Below, one piece after another: positions 10,219 to 21,067 of a DNA stretch of 64,000 nt. Positions within the stretch are counted from its first letter, which is position 1, and every line of letters begins with the position of its first letter. The DNA comes from Bacillota bacterium. Its GTDB lineage: Bacteria; Bacillota; Clostridia; Peptostreptococcales; Anaerovoracaceae. Position numbers and translations under genes: made by a program. The DNA lies in assembly GCA_022793795.1 (NCBI GenBank), contig JAAWDM010000050.1, positions 476-64,475 on the forward strand, given 5' to 3'. Below the pieces are notes generated by a model. That model saw only the letters and a program-made list of their open reading frames with translations, made no database searches and was not told the DNA's origin.

Positions 10219-10417
10219 TTGCCTCTTCTCCTTCAACTTGATAAATTTTATTCTATTTGCTTATCCTACTTTACGTTTTTTTCGCAAATTTAATACCGGA
10301 TTTTGTCCCTCGTGTGCAAAAAATTTAGAGTTTCAAAATCAGTCTGTAATTCTTTTTATTACATTTTGACTAAAGTCCAATCTCTTTGCAAAACATCTGC
10401 TTTCAAAGTTTTGCTTT

Positions 10418-11506
10418 TTAAACATATGCAATGTGTACGTTCCTGCTGTTGGTTAAATGAATCAATGTGGCGTAATTAATATCAAATTCCATGATGTCCC
10501 CCACCTGGTAGTCACGGGCTGCCTGCTGAACATCCATAATGGTATGGTCGCTGGAAGCGCCTAACACCTCGGCGCCGGTCTCCAACGGTAATAGCTCCAT
10601 CGGGTCGCCGTAATCCACTTTACCCATGGCTAAAAGGACGCGTCTACGAATTCCTCTGTCCTCATATACCGGTCTATGTCCAAAGGCGTCTACACCTACG
10701 GTTCCTACTGGATGGCTAGGCTTATCCTTCACTTCGATGACCTCCGCCTTTAACCGGAAGCAATCCTGATACAGACGGCTTACATCATAGTGGTAAAACA
10801 CGTCCATATCCCGCGCCAGCAAAATACCTTCTCCTACCCGCAGTAGATTGATACGTTTAGGCACATTGCCATCCCAAACCCGCAGCAGACTGCTGGTAGC
10901 GCCGCCTGAAATATATTCCAATTCACGGCCTAGCCGTTCCTCAATATGTTCTGCAATCTGTACCAGTTCTTCTAGCTTTTCCACAGTAGGCAGAATGGAA
11001 CCATAACAACCTACATTGGTTCCGATTCCCACCAGCTGGATGTTAATCATCTTGTTCTCAATATATTCAGCGATGTCGGCTAATTCTTCCTTATCCCAAT
11101 AGCCTTCCCGCAAATCTCCCATATCGGCCATGAGAATCACCTTATGAAGTTTTCCCTGCCGAGCTGCCTCCTGATTCAGCGCCTTTATCACTTCAACTTC
11201 GCTGTTCAAGCTGATATTTGTCAGCCTTACCACGTCCGAAGCCTCGCTGAGCATGGGGATTCTAATCATCATCATAGGTTTGGTAATGCCTGCATTTATG
11301 GCATCTTCAATCTGCTCCAGCCGAGAGGAGGCGATAAATGCTGCGCCGCCTTCATCAAACTGTTTGGCAACCTGAATATTTCCAGTAGCGCCCTTTATTA
11401 CGCCAGCTACTTGAATTCCACAGCTTCCGCAACGTTCCACAACCTCTGCCACGTTATGCTTTAAATGGGCTAGATTGATCTCTAGCCGCGGGTATCTCTC
11501 CTTCAT
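10418..11506 (-). CDS. Alanine/ornithine racemase family PLP enzyme (Orr/YhfX-like)
   Basis: Alanine racemase N-terminal-domain-like pattern: IRIPML, GDLREGY, GIGTNVGCYG, SGGATSS, LLRVGEGILL, GVDAFG..YEDRGIRRR, LGASSDH. ATG at 11506 follows AGGAGG. Confidence 0.6.
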   Translation of the reverse strand: MKERYPRLEINLAHLKHNVAEVVERCGSCGIQVAGVIKGATGNIQVAKQFDEGGAAFIASSRLEQIEDAINAGITKPMMMIRIPMLSEASDVVRLTNISLNSEVEVIKALNQEAARQGKLHKVILMADMGDLREGYWDKEELADIAEYIENKMINIQLVGIGTNVGCYGSILPTVEKLEELVQIAEHIEERLGRELEYISGGATSSLLRVWDGNVPKRINLLRVGEGILLARDMDVFYHYDVSRLYQDCFRLKAEVIEVKDKPSHPVGTVGVDAFGHRPVYEDRGIRRRVLLAMGKVDYGDPMELLPLETGAEVLGASSDHTIMDVQQAARDYQVGDIMEFDINYATLIHLTNSRNVHIAYV

Positions 11507-11718
11507 CTGTATCACAGTCCTCCTAACAGGCTCCCCATCAGACAAAATTTTTGCTGATGGCTACACCTATCCACATTAACTATATTTTGATATTCTAACA
11601 CCTTTTGTATGGGAAAGCAAGATTTTTATAGGAAAAAGCAGCCGGAGATGGGCCTGCTTTTTCACTGGCTGTCACCGCGGCTGCTTTTTTGCGTTATGGT
11701 ACATTGAAACTTAATTCG

Positions 11719-12546
11719 TTAAATTTTCTGAAAGATCGGTTTATGCTGGCGGAATACTGTATAGTATTTCAATCCGCAGTCTTTCACCATTTCGCCAACC
11801 TCACGGAACCCTTCTCCAATTCTGGAGGATACGTGGGCGTCTGAACCGAAGGTAATAATCTCGCCTCCAAGCTGAACATAGCGGCGAATGATGTCCATAT
11901 TAGGATTGGTCATATTCTTCGCCTTAAACTTGGAAGTATTGCACTCGATTCCCCGTCCGCTGTTAATCAGTTCCTTCAAAATTTCATCCAAAATATCTGC
12001 ATATTTTGTATAGGTAAACTTTTCGTTGGCTCCAGGCGCATACCGAAGGATAAAATCCATATGGCCTGCCACATCGAAACCGCGAAAACCCTTTATATTT
12101 TCCAGTTCTTCCTGAAAATACAGTCTAACCGCTTCCTCCACATCTACACCGTCATAATGACGCTTATCCTCTGCATCCATCCCCTGAAAAGTATGGGTGG
12201 ATCCAATGATAAAATCCAAAGGAAAACGTGCTGCAAAATCAGTGAGTTTCTCTACCAAATGATTCTGCATCCCCAGTTCGATTCCCAAAAGCGCTTCTAT
12301 CTTATCCCGATACTTCTCTCGAACGGAAATCAACTTATCCATATAGGCCTGAATTGCCTTATCATCTCCCCGATCGTCGATAAGAAAGGTAAAATAATCT
12401 GGCGGAAAAGCTGGTGCATCGAAGTCCTGATGGTCTGTAATGCAGATTTGCTTCATTCCCAGCCCAATAGCCCTTTCTATCTGCTCCTCCACAGGAACGA
12501 TAGAATCGCTGGACCACCTGGTATGTACATGCATATCGGAAATCAT
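11719..12546 (-). CDS. Histidinol-phosphatase, PHP (HisJ/HisK) family
   Basis: MISDMHVHTRWSSDS..ITDH..GSTH..GHMD..FGSDAH metal-binding motifs. Confidence 0.8.
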   Translation of the reverse strand: MISDMHVHTRWSSDSIVPVEEQIERAIGLGMKQICITDHQDFDAPAFPPDYFTFLIDDRGDDKAIQAYMDKLISVREKYRDKIEALLGIELGMQNHLVEKLTDFAARFPLDFIIGSTHTFQGMDAEDKRHYDGVDVEEAVRLYFQEELENIKGFRGFDVAGHMDFILRYAPGANEKFTYTKYADILDEILKELINSGRGIECNTSKFKAKNMTNPNMDIIRRYVQLGGEIITFGSDAHVSSRIGEGFREVGEMVKDCGLKYYTVFRQHKPIFQKI

Positions 12547-12548
12547 GA

Positions 12549-13971
12549 TTATGCCTCTTCCTCTTCGCCTTCATACGGCTTGATGCAAATGCCGGTTGCT
12601 GCATAAACATATGCAATCACCCAAACCGCATAACTCATAAAGCAGTATGGTAGATAAGCGCCAATGGATACGCCCAGCACTGACGGATAGTATACGCCAG
12701 AACCTGACCAAGGAATGAAGCCGGCCATACCGGTTCCAAAGTCTTCCATAGTTCTGGACAAATTCAAGGTAGAAAGGCCCATTTCCTTATACTTTTCATT
12801 GTACATCTCTCCAGTGAGCAGCAGCGCCAGGGAAGAACTTCCGCCAATGGCAACCAGGATTACTACAGAGATGGATGTTGCAAGGATCAGTGTGAATCTG
12901 GTCTTTACAGACTTGAGCAGCTTACCAAGGAGAACCTCAATAGCTCCGATCTGTTCCATGATACCTGCAAAATAGAAGCAGATATAGATCAAGATAAAGG
13001 ATTTAAGCATGGAGGACAGACCGCCTCTATTAAGCAGTTTAATAGCGTCTGCACCTGCATCTGCTGCTACAAAACCATCTTTTACATGTTCCACCATTTC
13101 CAGATTGAAACCGCCATACAGAGCTGTAATTCCGTCGCTGAGCAGAAATCATCATAACTACTGTAGAAGATTTTTTTGTAATTGCCCCATATACCACGAT
13201 AACCAACGGCAGCAATACAATAATGTTCCAATTATATACAGTGTCTAAGGTATCCAGAAGCTGTAAAGTGTTGTCTGGCAAACCACTTCCTGTTGCCTCT
13301 GTTCTGATACCCATGATCGCATAAATGATAAGTCCGATAATTGCAGCAGGGATTACAGTCTTAGACATATGTCCAATGTGTTTAAAGATGTCATTCTTTG
13401 TGGACAGAGCCGCAAGAATAGTTGTATCAGACAGCGACGACAACTTATCTCCAAAAATAGCACCAGTATAACAAGCTCCTGCAACTGCTGCGATATTTAC
13501 ATTCGGCATTGCGGTTGCGATACCCATCATAGCGATACCAGCCGTTGCAGCTGAACCCCAGGAGGTTCCTGTGCAGGTCGAAAAAATTGCACACAAGATA
13601 AAGGCAGATACCAGAATCCATTTCTCACTTACCAGCTGTACGCCATAATAAATGAACATTGGAATGGTTCCAGAATACATCCATGCACCTAACAGGAATC
13701 CAACTGCAAGCAGTACGGACATTGCAGGCGCCGCCGACTTAATCTTTTCAGCAGTATAGCTTTCCATTTCTTCCCAGGTATATCCACAGTACCAGCCGAT
13801 GAAAACTACAAATGATACGGCTATGGCAATCAGCGGTGGTGCAGCCAAATCTGCCAATGACCCGAAAAAGAAGATTACAAGTAATACCAGTACGGACGCT
13901 AACGCCATAAACATGCTCGGTTTTCTTTTTTCACGCACCGGACGCGGCTTTTTTTCCTTTTTCTCTTTCAT
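12549..13971 (-). pseudogene. nhaC: Na+/H+ antiporter NhaC family, split by a frameshift near 13143
   Basis: ORFs 13039-14037 and 12549-13097 together make about 475 aa of one NhaC-like protein. The N-terminal frame reads ..VVMMIS, and the continuation LSDGITALYGGFNLEMVEHVKDG is in another frame. Confidence 0.7.
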
Positions 13972-14133
13972 ATATATTCTCCTTTTTGAATATATTTTTT
14001 GGATGTAACAACATAATAGCAGGATTTTAAGAGGCATATACCTGTATAATAAAAGCGAGTCATACCTTTCGTGTGCATAAGGCCATACTAATTCCCTTTG
14101 TACACGGAAGGTAGTTTTTCAGGGGGTGAAAAA

Positions 14134-15129
14134 ATGTATTATGTGATGATTGCCTTAGGCTTATCTTTTGCATATATCAACGGAATGCATGATGGGGGAA
14201 CGATTGTAGCCACCACCATCTCCTCTCGCCTGACACCGGCCCGAAAGGCTGTATTCATTGCTGGTATCGCCAACTTTCTAGGCGCTCTTTTTTTAGGTAC
14301 AGAGGTAGCGCAGACCATTTCCGAAAATATCGTCAGCTTTCCTCTCACCCAGAGTCATTCCGCAGCCTGTTGCTACATATTTGTCATTTCAGCCTTTGCG
14401 GGCAGCATGGTTTGGAACATCTTTACCTGGGTGGTAAAGTTACCCTCCAGCGCGTCCCACTCCATGATCGGTTCCATGATTGGCGGAGGTATCGCGGCTT
14501 ACGGCTTAGTCTCCATCCAATGGATGGCTGTCTTTGTCAAAGTAATTTTAGCCATGCTGATTTCACCGCTCATCGGATTTGCAGCTGGCTTTCTATTTTT
14601 AAAGATTATGAATAGCCTGCTAAAAAACGCCACTATCGCCTGTAACAAATGGATTATTCTGTTCCACAAACTGAGCAGCTTTTTTCTGGCTTTCAGTTAT
14701 GGCAGCAACGATTCCCAAAAGGTTATGGGACTGGTGGTCATCGGTCTTGCGGCAAAAGCCGGCTCTGGCCCTTCAGTTCCCCTCTGGCTTATGGTCAGTG
14801 CATCTTTAGCATTGGCTCTGGGCACCATCACAGGGGGCTATAATATGATTAAGACCGTAGGCATGGATATCTGCAAAATCGATATCCATAACTCCTTTGC
14901 CTCCCAGGTTGCCACCATATTCGTGGTAACTCTGGCCAATCTGACAGGACTTCCTATCAGCGCGACCCAGGTTATCACCTCGTCAGTCATGGGCGTAGGA
15001 ACTGGAAAAACGCCAAAATCGGTCAACTGGGGTATCACAAAAAAAATACTCCTTGCCTGGGTTATCACCATTCCTGCTTCTGCATTGATCGGATACATCA
15101 TATTTCAACTCATTTGGCTATTACACTAG
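14134..15129 (+). CDS. Inorganic phosphate transporter, PiT family
   Basis: INGMHDGGT and GSNDSQK signature repeats; ATG at 14134 follows GGGGG. Confidence 0.85.
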   Translation: MYYVMIALGLSFAYINGMHDGGTIVATTISSRLTPARKAVFIAGIANFLGALFLGTEVAQTISENIVSFPLTQSHSAACCYIFVISAFAGSMVWNIFTWVVKLPSSASHSMIGSMIGGGIAAYGLVSIQWMAVFVKVILAMLISPLIGFAAGFLFLKIMNSLLKNATIACNKWIILFHKLSSFFLAFSYGSNDSQKVMGLVVIGLAAKAGSGPSVPLWLMVSASLALALGTITGGYNMIKTVGMDICKIDIHNSFASQVATIFVVTLANLTGLPISATQVITSSVMGVGTGKTPKSVNWGITKKILLAWVITIPASALIGYIIFQLIWLLH

Positions 15130-15138
15130 GAGGACAAT

Positions 15139-15768
15139 ATGGAAAAAAAGCAATATTTCTTTACGAAAAAGGAACGACCTGATTTTTATATCATGTTACA
15201 AAACCAGTGTCATATCACAGCCCAGAGTATCTCTCTGTTGCTCCAATTTCTTTCTGACCGTCAGGAACCTCTGGCAGAGGAAATCGAGCAGTGTGAAAAG
15301 CGGGCCGATAAAGTGCGGCGGGAGCTCATCGATTATGTAGAGAACTCCTTTATCACGCCTTTGGACCGCCACGATTTGTTTGCCGTTTCCCGTTCCATCG
15401 ATGACGTCACCGATAAGATTAAGGATTTAAAGGATTTTCTCCTGTTCTTTACTTACGAACCTACGGAAAAACATGTGGAAATGATTCGGCTCATCGAACA
15501 ATCCATCTACAGCCTTTGCAGCGCCATCAACGAATGGAGCGGAGCCAATCCCGACGCTTTCTGGGAAAACTTGGTGAAGGCCAAAAAGAATGAAAATCAG
15601 ATTAAGCGACTTTACTGGGAAAACATTGACAGCCTGGAAAGCACTGACCTTCCGCTGAAAGACGTTATCATCATGCGCGAATTTTCCAAGGATCTAAACA
15701 GTCTGGCCAACAAAATCGGCAAGGCCGCAGACCGCATCAGCGATATGAAAATCAAATCCATTAAATAA
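15139..15768 (+). CDS. DUF47 / PhoU-like phosphate-transport accessory protein
   Basis: 209 aa helical protein adjacent to the PiT gene, which is the typical Pit accessory pairing. Confidence 0.6.
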   Translation: MEKKQYFFTKKERPDFYIMLQNQCHITAQSISLLLQFLSDRQEPLAEEIEQCEKRADKVRRELIDYVENSFITPLDRHDLFAVSRSIDDVTDKIKDLKDFLLFFTYEPTEKHVEMIRLIEQSIYSLCSAINEWSGANPDAFWENLVKAKKNENQIKRLYWENIDSLESTDLPLKDVIIMREFSKDLNSLANKIGKAADRISDMKIKSIK

Positions 15769-15806
15769 GGCCGGAGGATTGTTCCCCTCCGACCTTATAT
15801 TTTTAT
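15769..15806. terminator. Terminator between convergent DUF47 and PucR genes
   Basis: GGCCGGAGG (15769-15777) / CCTCCGACC (15786-15794), then a T-rich tract. Confidence 0.45.
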
Positions 15807-15829
15807 ACTTTGTACCATTCATCAACCTT

Positions 15830-16999
15830 TTAACCTATGGTTCGGTTTAAAAGATAGATCCGCACCGCTACCGAAAGTTCTTCATAAAAAGCCTGCTCCG
15901 TGGCCCCTTCCTGTCCCAGAAGTTCCCGCACCTTGGACAGCCGGTAGCGCACCGTATTGGCATGACAGTTACATGCTGTTGCCGTTGCCCCAATATCTCC
16001 ATTACAGACCACAAAAGAAATCACCGTCTGTAAAAGCTCCTCCCGATTGAGAAACGGCCTCATAACCGATTCGCTAAACTGCTCCAAGGCATAATGATTT
16101 TTTAGCGGAATCAGATAACGAAATATCCCGATATTTTGATAGGCTCCGTATGCTCTTCCCTCTACAGATATGCTAGCCACATAAGTATGATAACTCTCTC
16201 TGATACACCTGTCCAGACGTTCAAAAGGATTGTGCATCCCGCTTCGGCAGACCAGCACAAGATTCCTGTCTATGGCCAAGTTTTCCAGGGTCTCGGTGAG
16301 AATTAATTCAAAGGATTCCTCCTTCTCAAGAGCGCCGGTCATAATGATGAAGATGCCCTTCCCATATCTACACAGCATAATCTTGTTTCGGATATTTCGA
16401 TTGAGATAGTAATTGCGAAAAACTCTGGCCAAATCCAAGCCTGTCTCACCACCTGCTGGCGGCGCCAGATATGCCGCCATGGCAAACCGCTTAAACATAA
16501 AGGATACCGATTTGCTGATTTCCTCCACCTCATATTTGGACAGTTTGTTTTCAATCATCTTGGTCAACTTTTCTTCGGTGAGAATGAGGGTATCGTCCTG
16601 CTGTACTGCCTCCGTGATACCGAAGATAATGTCTTCGAAATAAGGTTCTTTCCCAAAGACAAAGAGAGGATAATCCTTTTCATTGCAAAAATCTATCACC
16701 TCTTGGGGCGCTGCGTCAAATATCACATTCTTAAAGGCAAAGCCAGAGGTTCCCATCTCCCACAGGGTTTTAATAGCATCTAAAATCTGCGTCTCATCGT
16801 TTTGGGCGAACAACAGACTGGAAATGATGAAACTGCTGGGCTCAAAAGGCTGTTCGTTGTCATAGACCACCCCACGAGCAAACTCGTAGTCGGCGATACC
16901 TGCCGAACAGACAATCCGATCAAGGCCGCCCTCGCCTGCAAGAATCTTCATGCCCCGCATACTGTTTAGCTGCAGCAAATCTTTTAATTTCAACGCCAT
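15830..16999 (-). CDS. PucR-family transcriptional regulator
   Basis: C-terminal PucR HTH (ATACNCHANTVRYRLSKVRELLG). ATG at 16999 follows AGGAGG. Confidence 0.75.
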   Translation of the reverse strand: MALKLKDLLQLNSMRGMKILAGEGGLDRIVCSAGIADYEFARGVVYDNEQPFEPSSFIISSLLFAQNDETQILDAIKTLWEMGTSGFAFKNVIFDAAPQEVIDFCNEKDYPLFVFGKEPYFEDIIFGITEAVQQDDTLILTEEKLTKMIENKLSKYEVEEISKSVSFMFKRFAMAAYLAPPAGGETGLDLARVFRNYYLNRNIRNKIMLCRYGKGIFIIMTGALEKEESFELILTETLENLAIDRNLVLVCRSGMHNPFERLDRCIRESYHTYVASISVEGRAYGAYQNIGIFRYLIPLKNHYALEQFSESVMRPFLNREELLQTVISFVVCNGDIGATATACNCHANTVRYRLSKVRELLGQEGATEQAFYEELSVAVRIYLLNRTIG

Positions 17000-17039
17000 A
17001 CCCAGTTCCTCCTCTCTATACCCTTGACTCTCAGAGCTC

Positions 17040-20000
17040 CTAAACGATCTCGTAGCTGCATCCTGCAAACACCGTGTCGAATCGGCAGATGCCTCGATAT
17101 TGACAGAAGGTACATGCCGACCGCTCCTTGGTTTTCATAGGATGAATTTTAATATCTCCTTCCACCAACCTGTTGCATACAGCCTTGGTCTTTTCCCAGG
17201 TTTCCTCCATGAGCCCCGCAAAATCTTCCTCGCTGAGCAAACTCTCTTTGCTGGTGCCTGTAACCTTTTCCTTACCGGCTCTTAGGGGTACGATATCCGA
17301 AAACCCGCTGAAATCTCCTGCAATGTTCTCAATCACCTGTGGGTCGTCCACCATAACCCCATTTAATTTAAAATTCTTTCGAATTTCCTGTTCCAAAGTC
17401 TCCCTGTCAAGGTCCTTGCCGGTTCCATCCACCAAAGGCTCGGAAATCTTAAAATAAAACACCCCTGCCGGCCGCCGCACCTCTTCACAGGCGGCCTTTA
17501 GGTACAGCATGAGTTGAAGCCGATAACCTGCTTTCGCCTCCTTGACACTGAAATTTTCATTTCCCGTCTTATAGTCAATAATCTTAACCCGCTCATCCGG
17601 CAGATAATCCACCCTGTCAATCTTTCCTTCTATATATACGGTCTCCTCCCCCGCCTGTACCTCAATGGCTGGAATCTGTCCACCTCTGCGAAAGCCCACC
17701 TCAAAATCATTTCTCACGATCTGACCGGCTCTCACCTGCTCCACCACTGTCCAGCAAACCTTATCGCAAATATCGAAGATTCTCTGACTCCGGTAGGTTT
17801 CCTCCTTCCCCTGGCAGAAAAGTCCTTCTCGATAATTGGCAAGCTGCTGCCGCGCTGTCTCCTCCACCAAGGCGCGGCACTGGTCTCTAGTCACAGTCAT
17901 CCATGGCGACAGAGGATGGGTTACCTCCAAGTCTTCCCGCGTCAAAGTTCTTGTCAGGGTCATGAGACATTCATGATAAATATCGCCAATTTCCCTAGGT
18001 GCAATCTGAAATACTCGCCGCTCCTCCGGACGAAGTCCATAGGCCACGAAATGAGAAAAAGGACACCTGGAAAAACGCTCCAATCTGGATGGACTTAAAG
18101 ATATGGCTCCCTCTGGATTTTTTAAATATAGCTGTCTCGCCCCATATTTTCCTAAGGATTCCTGACTGTTGGTAAAGGCCAATCCGTCGCCAATGACTGC
18201 TACGGCTTCCGGCTTGTTTCGTCCATACCAATCGATGGCTGTAAGCCACTCATCGTCAATCCCTTCTCCATCGCAAACCTGCTGCAAAGCCTCTGTCAAG
18301 TGACGCAAACCACTGACGCCGCCGTGAATCAAAGGCAATGGATTTTGCTGGTTCAGTACATCCCTTTCCTCCTTTAGCCCAGGGAAGATGGATTTTAACT
18401 TTAGATAAATGGCAGAAGGCTTACATGCTTTTCCCTCGCCGTCGGCCAGCGCATAACTCATCCACAGGTACCTCCTTGGTTTAGATAGATTCCTGTAAAT
18501 AGCCAAACGCTCCTCCATGAGCGCCACTGAATCCACTTTGCAGAGAGCATGTCCCTTTTGTTCAAACAGCTCTTTTTCCTCTCGGCTAAACAATCCCGCT
18601 GCCGGATCCTCCTGGGGCAGAATTCCTTCGTTGGCTCCAATGACCACCAGGGCCTCTATATCGCTGATTCTGGTTCGCTGCATGGCGCCCATGACAAGCC
18701 CATCCTTGGTTGGCGGCAACATGCCGATTTCCACCTGGGAAAGTCCGGCTTGAAAGATTTCAGTAAATACCTTTCCGTCAAAGCCCTCGGCTCCCATGAT
18801 TTCGATCATCTGGTCTAGGATGCCGATGATGCAGCCCCAAATCTGTCCAGTCTCCTCCGCCAAATCCACTCGGCCCAGTTCTTCCTGCTGTTCCATAAAG
18901 CCGAGAATTCTGTCTGGCAGCTTCACCTCTTCATATAACAGGCTGTAGAGTCCATAGATAAAATCTGCTGTGGTCTGGTTTTGTTTTTTTGTCAGTTTTT
19001 CCAGGGCCAGGCCCGGCTCCATGGCCTTCTGCCTTAATGTGTCAAGGCCAGAAATTCCTTCTTCACCATACTCGCTGACACCCTTAGTAAAAGACCTTTT
19101 CCAACCCTTTCGCCGTATCCGATATTTCACAGCATAGTTTTCCAGTTTTGTTACCTGCTCTCTGGTTAAAGGGCCAAAACCCGATTTCAGCACGCGAAAC
19201 AAGTCCTCTGTCCGCCATCCATCCATGACCGCGTCCAGAAGGGCCAATAAATACTGCACCACCGGGCTAGATAAAATATCTCGGCTGCTGTCGCTAAAAA
19301 TCTCCAAACCATACTCTTGAAACACCCGCTTGATAATGGGCCCTCGGATTTCCTGGTCATTGCAAACCACCCGAATATCTCTATATTTCAGGCCCTGCTC
19401 CCGTACCAGATAAAGGATATAAGAAGCAGCGCTCTCCGCCTCGTTATACAATCCGGCAGCCGCCACCAATGTGACCCCTTTTCCATCCTCCGACTTTCTG
19501 GAGGGCAGGGCATACAGCTGCCTTTCAATGTGAGCCATGGCAGGGGCCTTCTTTTCAGTTATCTCCGCGTCCAGGACTGACGGCGATGACTGAGGGATCT
19601 TGCTCCTGCGCGATTCTGCCCCCACCGATGCTGCGGTCTTTTCCAGGTTCTCCATGACGATGCCAGTGAGATAAAACAGCTCCTGATCCTGGCAACTCTG
19701 ATCCCATGTGACCACCACGTGAACCTGTGCGGCCTTGGCTATGAGCTGGCCGATGACCGACAATGCCTTGGGCGCAAAACTGTCAAATCCATAAATCCAC
19801 ACCTGATTGTCCTCAATGAGGGCTGACCTTTGGATTTTGCTGAGGAACAAATCAATATAATCCTCGGAATCCGTATATTTGCCTTTAATTCGTTCCTCAT
19901 AACGTCCATAGAGCAGGGACAGGTCAGCCAGCTTCCTGCCTGTATAGGTGTCCTGACCAGCCTCCTGGGCCATGGCCTTAAGGTCGCCAATGCCGCAGTT

Positions 20001-20399
20001 ATATTGCTTTAACTCTGATATGAAATTATTGACCATCTCAATGAAGGAGTTTCGCGTTTCCAGGCCGCGAAAGACCTGAAGGCGTTCCCGCTCCTCCCGG
20101 GCCACCTGGGCCAGAATCATATGACGACCGTATTTATCGATAAAGGTCTGCTTTGTTCCCCCCAGTTCGGACAAAATCCGGCTGCCCAGCCGTGACATGG
20201 AAAGCACCTCCACATCCATCAGTCCCTCTGCACCTAAATAGCGAAAGGCTTGCTGCTCCGCTTCCAGGGTGTACTGATCCGGTACGATGAGAAGGGCCCG
20301 CGGCTCCGCTCTGCCGCTGCTTGCACCATGGGCCTTTATCCTGTCAAATATGAATTTTTCTTTATCCACATCCTCACGAGAATAGTAAATATTCAGCAT
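17040..20399 (-). CDS. addB: ATP-dependent helicase/nuclease subunit B (AddB/RexB)
   Basis: 1119 aa. The C-terminal nuclease/Fe-S region has C...CTFCQYRGICRFD, and the N-terminus is inactivated-helicase-like. Confidence 0.88.
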   Translation of the reverse strand: MLNIYYSREDVDKEKFIFDRIKAHGASSGRAEPRALLIVPDQYTLEAEQQAFRYLGAEGLMDVEVLSMSRLGSRILSELGGTKQTFIDKYGRHMILAQVAREERERLQVFRGLETRNSFIEMVNNFISELKQYNCGIGDLKAMAQEAGQDTYTGRKLADLSLLYGRYEERIKGKYTDSEDYIDLFLSKIQRSALIEDNQVWIYGFDSFAPKALSVIGQLIAKAAQVHVVVTWDQSCQDQELFYLTGIVMENLEKTAASVGAESRRSKIPQSSPSVLDAEITEKKAPAMAHIERQLYALPSRKSEDGKGVTLVAAAGLYNEAESAASYILYLVREQGLKYRDIRVVCNDQEIRGPIIKRVFQEYGLEIFSDSSRDILSSPVVQYLLALLDAVMDGWRTEDLFRVLKSGFGPLTREQVTKLENYAVKYRIRRKGWKRSFTKGVSEYGEEGISGLDTLRQKAMEPGLALEKLTKKQNQTTADFIYGLYSLLYEEVKLPDRILGFMEQQEELGRVDLAEETGQIWGCIIGILDQMIEIMGAEGFDGKVFTEIFQAGLSQVEIGMLPPTKDGLVMGAMQRTRISDIEALVVIGANEGILPQEDPAAGLFSREEKELFEQKGHALCKVDSVALMEERLAIYRNLSKPRRYLWMSYALADGEGKACKPSAIYLKLKSIFPGLKEERDVLNQQNPLPLIHGGVSGLRHLTEALQQVCDGEGIDDEWLTAIDWYGRNKPEAVAVIGDGLAFTNSQESLGKYGARQLYLKNPEGAISLSPSRLERFSRCPFSHFVAYGLRPEERRVFQIAPREIGDIYHECLMTLTRTLTREDLEVTHPLSPWMTVTRDQCRALVEETARQQLANYREGLFCQGKEETYRSQRIFDICDKVCWTVVEQVRAGQIVRNDFEVGFRRGGQIPAIEVQAGEETVYIEGKIDRVDYLPDERVKIIDYKTGNENFSVKEAKAGYRLQLMLYLKAACEEVRRPAGVFYFKISEPLVDGTGKDLDRETLEQEIRKNFKLNGVMVDDPQVIENIAGDFSGFSDIVPLRAGKEKVTGTSKESLLSEEDFAGLMEETWEKTKAVCNRLVEGDIKIHPMKTKERSACTFCQYRGICRFDTVFAGCSYEIV

Positions 20400-20402
20400 C
20401 GC

Positions 20403-21050
20403 CTAAAGCCTTTCTATCAGCTCCACCAAATCCATAGGGGTTTTTATGGTAAAATCAGCCACAGCCTTTCCCACCTGCTGGTTTTCATCGCTGGTAATCC
20501 GCCAATCCACCAGCGCTGACCGGACCCCTGCATTGTTAGCGCACTTAATGTCAAAAGGGCTGTCTCCCACCATGATGGAGTCTTGGGCTGTTGCACCCAG
20601 CTTTTTCATGGCCAATAGCAGGGGCTCTGGATTGGGTTTATGTACATCGGTATCGTCGCAGTTGACCATATCGTCAAAATACGATGTGATGTTTAACTGG
20701 TTCATATACCTTAGAGCAGACTCCCTAGTTCTGGAGGTAACGATGCCGATTTGACAGCCTGCCTCCTTTAAAGCCTTCAGCATGTCCACAATGCCTGGAA
20801 AAAGACGAACCAGCTTCTCCGCTTCCTTTACCTGAAAGGTTCGGTAGGTCACCGCCGCATCCTCTGGGTCTACCTCTGGAAACTCTCTTGCCATGGTCAG
20901 CAAAAGGGGCTCTCCAAAGCATCTGGTAATCCGCTCCACCGATACCTCATGACCCAGGTAGGTCTGGTAAGTATGCTGCCAGGAGGCAATAATCACATCG
21001 TTGGTGTTGACCAAAGTTCCGTCGAAATCAAATAAAATATTGCGTATCAT
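20403..21050 (-). CDS. HAD-IA family hydrolase (PpaX/phosphoglycolate phosphatase-like)
   Basis: DFDGTLVNT motif I, a TSR motif II-like element, and GDSPFD motif. Confidence 0.8.
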   Translation of the reverse strand: MIRNILFDFDGTLVNTNDVIIASWQHTYQTYLGHEVSVERITRCFGEPLLLTMAREFPEVDPEDAAVTYRTFQVKEAEKLVRLFPGIVDMLKALKEAGCQIGIVTSRTRESALRYMNQLNITSYFDDMVNCDDTDVHKPNPEPLLLAMKKLGATAQDSIMVGDSPFDIKCANNAGVRSALVDWRITSDENQQVGKAVADFTIKTPMDLVELIERL

Positions 21051-21067
21051 CTAAATCTAATGCTCCT

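Noticed and set aside
11630-11690. GC-rich hairpins with A/T runs between the histidinol phosphatase and racemase-like genes as a defined bidirectional terminator
   Set aside because: Several overlapping imperfect stems are possible and I could not settle on one structure by eye. It is probably a terminator, but it is not reported as a feature.
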